Position numbers and translations under genes: made by a program. The notes under the pieces are model-generated. The model had not been told where the DNA came from. It ran no database searches and saw only the letters and a list, made by a program, of their open reading frames with translations. 64,000 bases of DNA. It comes from Gammaproteobacteria bacterium. Lineage in GTDB: Bacteria > Pseudomonadota > Gammaproteobacteria > CBDBNL01 > JAAOII01. Positions 57,482-64,000 of the stretch are shown here, piece after piece. The DNA lies in the NCBI GenBank assembly GCA_965207945.1, contig OZ242303.1, forward strand, positions 1,408,935 through 1,472,934. Direction: 5' to 3'. Within the stretch, counting starts at the first letter, position 1, and every line of letters begins with the position of its first letter.

Positions 57482-58009
57482 ATGGGTAAAGGTAAATATA
57501 AACATATAATTCTTGCTGGCATGCCAGCAAGCGGGAAAAGTTCTGTAGGGGCTTTGCTGGCTGATAAGCTGGGGCGCGATTTCTATGATACAGATGCTAT
57601 GTTGGAACAAGAACACAATATGGACATATCTGCTATCTTTGCGAGTAAAGGAGAAAGAATATTCCGCAAGTATGAGTCAAATACGTTGCGACGCACCCTA
57701 ACTTATGAGCCAGCTGTTATAGCGTTGGGAGGAGGAGCAGTGTTAGCAAGCGATAACCGCAAAGTTATGCAAGACGGCAATCTAATAATATATCTGCGCG
57801 CTTCAGTTGCAACTTTAGTTAAAAATCTGGGGGATAATAATAATCGTCCACTGATTAAACCTCAGCATAATAAAGAGGAGCAGCTAAGAGGAATGCTTGA
57901 GGTGCGCGAGGATATATATCAAGATTGCGCAGATATTGTGGTTGCAGTTGATGGTATAAGCGCAGAAGATGTTGCAGTCGTTATTGAGAATGAAATTGAA
58001 AAAATATAA
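57482..58009 (+). CDS. aroK: Shikimate kinase
   Basis: Walker A (LAGMPASGKSS), shikimate-binding and LID regions. The start is placed at the ATG of MGKGKYKHIIL. Confidence 0.8.
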   Translation: MGKGKYKHIILAGMPASGKSSVGALLADKLGRDFYDTDAMLEQEHNMDISAIFASKGERIFRKYESNTLRRTLTYEPAVIALGGGAVLASDNRKVMQDGNLIIYLRASVATLVKNLGDNNNRPLIKPQHNKEEQLRGMLEVREDIYQDCADIVVAVDGISAEDVAVVIENEIEKI

Positions 58010-58076
58010 CCTTTTCTGTTGCAGGTAGCATAAACTTACCAGCGATGGATGCGCGTGGATTTGCGCTATGGGGGGA

Positions 58077-58937
58077 TTATGCGTCGTGTAGCTCTTTAAG
58101 GTGTCTTCTAACTTTTTGGAAAGCCAACTGTTCTATTTGCCGCACACGCTCTGTTGATACCCCAAACTCTTTAGATAAAACTTGTAATGTGGTTTTTTGT
58201 GGCGCTAACCATCTTGCCTTAACTATCCTTTTGCTACGCTCGTCCAATTCACTAATCCCGATGGATAATGCCTGATGAAGTTTCTCTTTCCATTCATCAT
58301 CTTCCGCTAACATTGCCGGATTCATGCTATTATCAGCAAGATAAGTTGAAGGCGACTTTGGCGACTCGTCATCATCGTTATCGTCATAATCAAAGGAAAC
58401 ATCCGAGGCAGTTAGGCGGCTTTCCATTTCTCTGACTTCCGAAACCTTTACGTTTAAGTCCTTAGCTACTGCGCTGATTTCGGATTCAGTCATCCAAGCA
58501 AGCCGTTTTTTGCTGCTGCGTAGATTAAAGAAAAGTTTGCGTTGCGGCTTGGTGGTGGCAACTTTTACTATGCGCCAATTCTGTAGGATATATTCATGAA
58601 TTTCAGCGCGAATCCAGTAAACTGCAAAAGTTATTAGCCGAACTCCACGATGGGGGTCAAATCTTTTGACTGCTTTCATTAAACCTACGTTTCCTTCCTG
58701 TATGAGGTCACTTAATGGCAATCCGTACCCGCCATAAGAGCGCGCAATATAAACAACAAATCTAAGATGCGCCATAATCAATGCTTGGGCTGAGTTTAAG
58801 TCATCCTCTTCAACAAATTTGAGAGCGAGCTTTTGCTCCTCCATCGGAGATAATATCTCAATATTCTTAATGAAAGAAAGATATGATTGAAGATTCTGTC
58901 CAGGAGTCGCCGCAACTGGTAGTAGTGACCTAGCCAT
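58077..58937 (-). CDS. rpoH: RNA polymerase sigma-32 (heat-shock sigma factor)
   Basis: RpoH box (QRKLFFNLR), region 2.4 and region 4.2 HTH (EFGVSTERVRQIE). Confidence 0.88.
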   Translation of the reverse strand: MARSLLPVAATPGQNLQSYLSFIKNIEILSPMEEQKLALKFVEEDDLNSAQALIMAHLRFVVYIARSYGGYGLPLSDLIQEGNVGLMKAVKRFDPHRGVRLITFAVYWIRAEIHEYILQNWRIVKVATTKPQRKLFFNLRSSKKRLAWMTESEISAVAKDLNVKVSEVREMESRLTASDVSFDYDDNDDDESPKSPSTYLADNSMNPAMLAEDDEWKEKLHQALSIGISELDERSKRIVKARWLAPQKTTLQVLSKEFGVSTERVRQIEQLAFQKVRRHLKELHDA

Positions 58938-59075
58938 TGCTAAGAATTATACCTCTTTGATTGCAAGCTGATTGATTGTGCTTTAATTGGTTGTGCTTTA
59001 ATTGGTTGCAAGAATTGGTTGCAAGCTGATTTATTGCAAACTGGTTGTAAGTTTAGATATTCCATAAATAAGTGG

Positions 59076-59148
59076 CTCCTCGAGCAGGACTCGAACCTGC
59101 GACAAATTGGTTAACAGCCAACTGCTCTACCAACTGAGCTATCGAGGA
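59076..59148 (-). tRNA. tRNA-Asn (anticodon GTT); CCA is encoded at 59073-59075
   Basis: The reverse complement reads TCCTCGATAGCTCAGTTGGTAGAGCAGTTGGCTGTTAACCAATTTGTCGCAGGTTCGAGTCCTGCTCGAGGAGCCA. Confidence 0.88.
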
Positions 59149-59268
59149 ACCTGATAATCATACAATTATTATAAGGATTAATTGTAGAAATTAATGTTAA
59201 ATAAAAAGTTTATTGCAAGTAACGAGCTGATATTAGGTGCCTGATATGAGGCGAGCGCGCCCCTGCCC

Positions 59269-60375
59269 CTATAATCGGTATTGTTGGTATGCCTCTTCAT
59301 ATTGTGGAAACATTATAAACATTGCGCGCTCTAGTTTGTATATTCTATCTACTAACTCATTATTGCTGTAGTAGCTATCATAAGCACCCTTAGTGGAAAC
59401 ATTAAGTGGCGGCATTTCTTTGATGAAGTTTATGTCGTGCGGTGGATAGCCCTGTTGCAGTAAAAAATCATAAGTATCTTGGTTAAGATTAGCCGTCTGC
59501 ATAAAGTTTATGTTATTTAGCTCTTTTTTATATTCGCCACTGTTGAAGTATTCAAGATATTCTTTTTCATTTAAGTTCATTACCTCCAAAGGATTGCGGA
59601 AAAAAAACCACAAGAATAAGAAGGATTGTAGTCCTATATGTTGCGGCGCTTGTGTGGCGGCAGATGACTTAGCAAGCCGAGAAAATTCATCGGAAGATAC
59701 ATCGGAAAATACATCGGAAAATACATCGGAAAATACATCAACAGGATATTGGTATCTGTCTATTCCGCTGTTAGCTGCCATAGCGGCAGTGTAGCTTTTA
59801 TAATAAATTGCTTGCGTTTCCATCATCTGCTTGTCGCAATAACGACTAAAGTTGTTGAAGTCGCCAACCTTATGGCATATTTGAGCGGCATGAATGTTAT
59901 TGGGGCGGCGATTCTTGTAATAGTTGAAACGAGAAATATGCCAGCGGAATGGGTTATTTATACAGCCCAGAATTGGAAGATTAGCAAGCGATGCAGGCAA
60001 CTGAGAACGGCGCGAATGAACTAAAAACATTACTAATGGTTTGGAAGGAGGCAATAGTTTAGTGAAAGATGCTATTTTGAGAAGCAAACGAGATATTATT
60101 TTTCTTTTATAAGGTGATTTGCCAAAGGACGCAAGAGTAAAATCATGTAGCTCGCTGTGGCTGTACTCTGAAGTTGCTAAAGGATAGATTAATCTCTCCA
60201 TCCGTTGTCTTGTAGCGGGAAAGATTTTCATGATAATGGTAATTATCTTGCCTAATGGCGAACCACTTAAAAACATATTAAGATGGGCGCGCAGTAGAAC
60301 ACTGCGCATCCAAGTGCCACCTGTTTTGGGCAGATGAATAAAAATAAATTTGTCTGTAATCCTCATATTACTCAC
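59269..60375 (-). CDS. Sulfotransferase-family protein; paralog 1, with a degenerate 3'-PB motif
   Basis: Has the 5'-PSB motif FIHLPKTGGTW, but the expected RDP...S motif reads INNPFRWHISRFNYY. It has a DVFSDVFSDVFSD repeat. The C-terminus is nearly identical to paralog 2 (VDRIYKLERAMFIMFPQYEE). Confidence 0.6.
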   Translation of the reverse strand: MSNMRITDKFIFIHLPKTGGTWMRSVLLRAHLNMFLSGSPLGKIITIIMKIFPATRQRMERLIYPLATSEYSHSELHDFTLASFGKSPYKRKIISRLLLKIASFTKLLPPSKPLVMFLVHSRRSQLPASLANLPILGCINNPFRWHISRFNYYKNRRPNNIHAAQICHKVGDFNNFSRYCDKQMMETQAIYYKSYTAAMAANSGIDRYQYPVDVFSDVFSDVFSDVSSDEFSRLAKSSAATQAPQHIGLQSFLFLWFFFRNPLEVMNLNEKEYLEYFNSGEYKKELNNINFMQTANLNQDTYDFLLQQGYPPHDINFIKEMPPLNVSTKGAYDSYYSNNELVDRIYKLERAMFIMFPQYEEAYQQYRL

Positions 60376-60457
60376 TAATTATATAGGACTATAAAGATTA
60401 TCAACTAACATACTTGCATAAACAAGCATATAATTCTATTAATCAGTAACTGAAACC

Positions 60458-61525
60458 ATGATAATTACCCGTAGATTTGTTTTTATTCATCTGCCTAAGA
60501 GCGCAGGTATGTGGGCGCATAAAGCCATTGAGCAAGCGCACTTAAATTTGTTTTTTCGTAAGACACCATTAGGGGAAATTCTATTCACTCTTGGCAAGCA
60601 CCTACCCTTTGCCTTTGCTCGCCAGACAATATATAAAATAGCCAAGCGTCTAGTTATTTTTAACTATAGGTATTATGATATCAGTAATCTTTCTATTAAG
60701 AACTATCATGATCCTCTGGGTAGCTCTAAGATAAAATGGTTCATCTTTTTTGCCCAAGGAATGCATCTGTTGGATGTTAAATATGAAACCATGCTGCGCC
60801 TACAACGTCATACCAGGTACGCGCAACTGCCAGAGTTCTTTCAAGAGCTGCCGATATTGGCGGCTATACGCGACCCTTTTAGCTGGCATGTCTCGCGCTA
60901 TAACTATTATAAGGAACAAGAGAGTAAGCAGATTATAGGCAGCGGGAACAGCGCTCAAAGCTTTATTAAAATTTTAGGCGATAATATTGATTTTGACCAA
61001 TACTGCTCAAACAAGATGATGAAATTACAGGATTTCTTTTATCAAGGGTATAACAACTATATCAAAAATCAAAAGGATGGTGAAGAGGTGCCGCAATATC
61101 ATGATGAGCTGATAGATTTTTATAATCCCGCTGATAATAATTGCCCGCCCGCCAAACACTATGGGTTAATGACCTTAAGATTTATTCAGCTATTTTTCAA
61201 ACGTCCGCTTGATGTTGTGAACCTGCCACCAGCTGAGTTTGAACAATACTTTATAGATGGCAAGTATAAGGATAATTTGAAGAATATTACTTTTTTGCAA
61301 CAGGACAAGATAAACCAACAGCTGTATGATTATATGATTAAGCTACGTTATGAAGCGCAAGACCTGCAGCATATTAAGGACTTACCGCCAGAAAATGTGT
61401 CCACAGAGAAGCCCTATAAAAGCTTTTATACTTCTAAGAATATGGTGGATAGAATATATAAACTGGAACGGGCAATTTTTATAATGTTTCCTCAGTATGA
61501 GGAGGTGTATAAACTGTATAAATAG
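60458..61525 (+). CDS. Sulfotransferase-family protein; paralog 2, with canonical motifs
   Basis: Has the 5'-PSB motif FIHLPKSAGMW and an intact 3'-PB motif IRDPFSWHVSRYNYY. It is transcribed divergently from paralog 1. Confidence 0.6.
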   Translation: MIITRRFVFIHLPKSAGMWAHKAIEQAHLNLFFRKTPLGEILFTLGKHLPFAFARQTIYKIAKRLVIFNYRYYDISNLSIKNYHDPLGSSKIKWFIFFAQGMHLLDVKYETMLRLQRHTRYAQLPEFFQELPILAAIRDPFSWHVSRYNYYKEQESKQIIGSGNSAQSFIKILGDNIDFDQYCSNKMMKLQDFFYQGYNNYIKNQKDGEEVPQYHDELIDFYNPADNNCPPAKHYGLMTLRFIQLFFKRPLDVVNLPPAEFEQYFIDGKYKDNLKNITFLQQDKINQQLYDYMIKLRYEAQDLQHIKDLPPENVSTEKPYKSFYTSKNMVDRIYKLERAIFIMFPQYEEVYKLYK

Positions 61526-61540
61526 CTTCTCAGTTTGATA

Positions 61541-64000
61541 TCAATTTGGCACTTGGTTGGTATTTAAGATAAATATTTCAATTTGGGATATTATGCTGTC
61601 GGTAATATCTTTTTCGTTATTTGCCAAGTAATTGGCTTTCCTAAGATTGTACTTGACTATGATTCTTAATTTAGCGCGAGATTTTTCTCTTATGTTCCAG
61701 TCAATTGTTGCATTAGACCTTAAGTCATTTAGTATAACCTTAGCTAACTTTATAAGCTCGTCATTCTTCAGTATGGCTTTATCGCTTTGATTATTGCTTT
61801 GATGATCTATGAGGATAGAATAAAGCGCGTAAACTTCTTCCGATGCCCCAAGGTTATTCCTTTCTTTCTCCCACTCTCTTAATTCCAACGCTAGTTCTAT
61901 TAAGGAACTAATTAATTTATCTTTATCAGAAGAACGTTTTGTCGATTTATTTAGAATTGCAAATAACTTGCTAGCAAACTTATCGCCAGTAACAAAATTA
62001 TTTTTCCCCACATTAATGATTATAAGATGGACTAGCTTGGCAAGAATCCGCAATTCCAGATTAGGACAATCCATCTCATGGATGCGCGCCAGTAGTTCGT
62101 CTGTCAGAAATTGCGGCTGCAGCTGGGCTTCCTTATCTTTATCATAAAACTCTGCTAAAGAACCTTTAACAATTGAATCATCTGCCATGTATAACAGTTC
62201 GTTGGATGATTCGCTATTAATTTCAAGCAACGCTAAGCTTTTTCTTAAGGTATGGAAAAATTCCAGGTTCTTGTTAGCAGCTGCTTTGGTGGATATCACC
62301 ATAGAATGAGCTAAAGAAAAATTGCTAAGTAGACGAGTGAATTTATCAATAGAAAAATATAAGACGTATTCTTGCGCCCGCCTAATAATGGCAAGTCGTT
62401 GTTTTTTATTCGCTTGCGAATATGGTTCATGATTGAAGTCACAGAAAAAACCCAGCATTTTTTTATGTTGCTGTTCCATTGTAGTTATTGCCTCTTGCAT
62501 ATCTTGTATTGGCGCCCCATCGCCTCCCCTTTTTATATAATCTTTGCTCATCTCATTCAAGTAGTCGCCAATGCCCATATAATCAGCTATGAGACCTCCT
62601 GGTTTGTTGATGCGAGCATTATTGACAATAGAAATTGCCTGCATAAGTTGCCTACCCTGCAACGGTTTATCCCAATATAGGACATCTAAACAAGCAGCAT
62701 CAAATCCAGTTAGCCACATATCTCTGACTATCACCAATCTAAGCGAGTCGTTGGAATCTTTAAACCTAGCGCCTAATATCTTTCTTTCCTTTTGAGTAGT
62801 TTGATGTTTTCCCCAAGATGATAGTTCTTCAGTGGAAGGCGCCATTAAAACCTTAATCTTACCCTTGAGTATATTGTCGTCTTGCCATTGGGGGCGTAGT
62901 TTAATGATTTCCTTGTATAGGTCAACTGCGATGCGACGACTCATCGTGGCAATGATTCCCTTTCCTTGAAGAACCGATGAATACTGCTCAAAATGATTAA
63001 CTATATCTTGAGCTATTAATTTTAATCTGCTGGGGTTGGCTAAAAATTTTTCCATTTTTTGCCAACTAACAGTATTAGGATTCTTGCCAGAAAAATCCAC
63101 CTCTGCAATATCTTCCTTTACTCGGTCCTCAGGGGCTATATGAATTTTGGTAAGACGCTTTTCATAATAAACATTAACAATTGACTTGTCGTTGAGCGCT
63201 TGTTTAATATCATATATATCAATGTAGTCGCCAAATAGATTATCTGCCGAAGTATCTGCAGAATCATCATGCGGATAATTGGGGGTGTAGCCAAAACCAA
63301 GGACGGTGGCATTGGGGAGAAAATTCTCTTTTAAGTAATTGGCGAATACTTTGACGTTTTTATCCTTTGTGTTGGCATTGCCAAATCCATAGCGACTGAG
63401 ATGCACTCCATTTACTATGACAAAAATATTGTTCCTGTCAGATAATACTTTGGGCGCAGCTCCCTTCCCTGAATAAAATTTCTGGATGGTGGTGAATATT
63501 ACCCCCCCTCCTGAAGTACTAAGCAGCTTTTTTAGGGATGAATGACTATCCGCCTGAATGGGTGCCTGATGCAATAACTGCTTGCCCCCCACAAATGTTT
63601 GGAATATCTGCTCATCCATATCATTGCGGTCGGAGATAAATACCAAAGTGGGATTTTGCGCTGGCGAATTCCTGATTATCTTGCCAGCATAAAATAGCAT
63701 GGTAAGAGCGTTATCAGTACCGTAAGTGTGGCAAAGAATGCCTCCTTTTTTGTTTCCTGAGCCCTGTAATTGCTGTACTTCTTGAATATTCACCTTGGGA
63801 GAGTATTTGCGCTTATGCGATTTAGCGCCTACTGGCGGAATATAAGAGCCGATATTTATCTCAGATAAGCCATAGTAGCTTTTGTCTACTTCGTCCATTG
63901 CAATATCAGCAGCATTAATAGTTGAAGCAATCGCACGATTAACTCCATAGTATTGATGATAAGTTCCTATGTCTTTTACAAGAATATTTGTCATCATTTG
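61541..64000 (-). CDS. hsdR: Type I restriction enzyme R-subunit (HsdR)-like protein, partial (N-terminus beyond the window); all ATPase catalytic residues are substituted
   Basis: Strong HsdR scaffold: TLVFISDRNDMDEQIF, GGVIFTTIQKF, FGDYIDIYDIKQAL, YYEKRL, GFDAACLDVLYWDKP. But the Walker A GSGKS is replaced by GTDNA (CHTYGTDNALTM), DEAHRSQ by NGVHLSR, TGTP by GYTP, and motif VI QAIxRVNR by QAISIVNNAR. Confidence 0.8.
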   Translation of the reverse strand, partial: QMMTNILVKDIGTYHQYYGVNRAIASTINAADIAMDEVDKSYYGLSEINIGSYIPPVGAKSHKRKYSPKVNIQEVQQLQGSGNKKGGILCHTYGTDNALTMLFYAGKIIRNSPAQNPTLVFISDRNDMDEQIFQTFVGGKQLLHQAPIQADSHSSLKKLLSTSGGGVIFTTIQKFYSGKGAAPKVLSDRNNIFVIVNGVHLSRYGFGNANTKDKNVKVFANYLKENFLPNATVLGFGYTPNYPHDDSADTSADNLFGDYIDIYDIKQALNDKSIVNVYYEKRLTKIHIAPEDRVKEDIAEVDFSGKNPNTVSWQKMEKFLANPSRLKLIAQDIVNHFEQYSSVLQGKGIIATMSRRIAVDLYKEIIKLRPQWQDDNILKGKIKVLMAPSTEELSSWGKHQTTQKERKILGARFKDSNDSLRLVIVRDMWLTGFDAACLDVLYWDKPLQGRQLMQAISIVNNARINKPGGLIADYMGIGDYLNEMSKDYIKRGGDGAPIQDMQEAITTMEQQHKKMLGFFCDFNHEPYSQANKKQRLAIIRRAQEYVLYFSIDKFTRLLSNFSLAHSMVISTKAAANKNLEFFHTLRKSLALLEINSESSNELLYMADDSIVKGSLAEFYDKDKEAQLQPQFLTDELLARIHEMDCPNLELRILAKLVHLIIINVGKNNFVTGDKFASKLFAILNKSTKRSSDKDKLISSLIELALELREWEKERNNLGASEEVYALYSILIDHQSNNQSDKAILKNDELIKLAKVILNDLRSNATIDWNIREKSRAKLRIIVKYNLRKANYLANNEKDITDSIISQIEIFILNTNQVPN

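Noticed and set aside
58938-59268. Search for an integrase/att pair defining a tRNA-Asn island
   Set aside because: No integrase, transposase or clear direct repeat of the tRNA 3' end is visible within the window. The island interpretation therefore rests only on gene content and context.

Overview
This 64 kb window looks like a housekeeping-dense stretch of a low-GC (about 40 %) Gram-negative chromosome, most likely gammaproteobacterial and possibly an intracellular Legionellales-like lineage; that placement is inference only. I recognise about 60 protein genes: hisC, hisD, miaA, accA, priA, yggX, xseB, ispA, lolA, ispD, gpsA, mrcA, a short-form malic enzyme, cobB, rnfB, rnfC, hldE, trhO, trmB, tkt, pepA, ftsB, atpC, ilvA, map, recR, ybaB, dnaX, hemJ, lpxC, prfA, hemA, yaaA, lpxL, trkH, ddl, aroK and rpoH, plus three tRNAs (Leu-CAG, Ala-GGC, Asn-GTT). 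Many housekeeping proteins carry short low-complexity insertions. The accessory content sits at the two ends and in one internal operon. (1) The right end has a tRNA-Asn-adjacent block holding two divergently transcribed paralogous sulfotransferase-family genes and an intact type I restriction HsdR-like ORF. All the ATPase catalytic residues of that HsdR (Walker A lysine, DEAH box, motif VI arginines) are replaced while the scaffold is conserved, so it is a candidate pseudo-translocase. (2) An apparently translationally coupled operon (both junctions overlap) encodes a GT2 glycosyltransferase, an MTA/SAH-nucleosidase-like protein with an extra C-terminal domain, and a spore-photoproduct-lyase-like radical SAM enzyme. 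(3) The left end has tandem paralogous GLUG-repeat lipoprotein genes whose 5' 300 bp are about 95 % identical and which overlap as ATGA. Other points are a dispersed REP-like composite repeat, a recurring tandem ACTTGGA/TCCAAGT motif at three junctions between minus-strand genes, an orphan rnfBC pair, an orphan atpC, a divergent 593-aa ketoacyl synthase and a miaA with no canonical start codon. I see no CRISPR array, IS element or integrase in the window.
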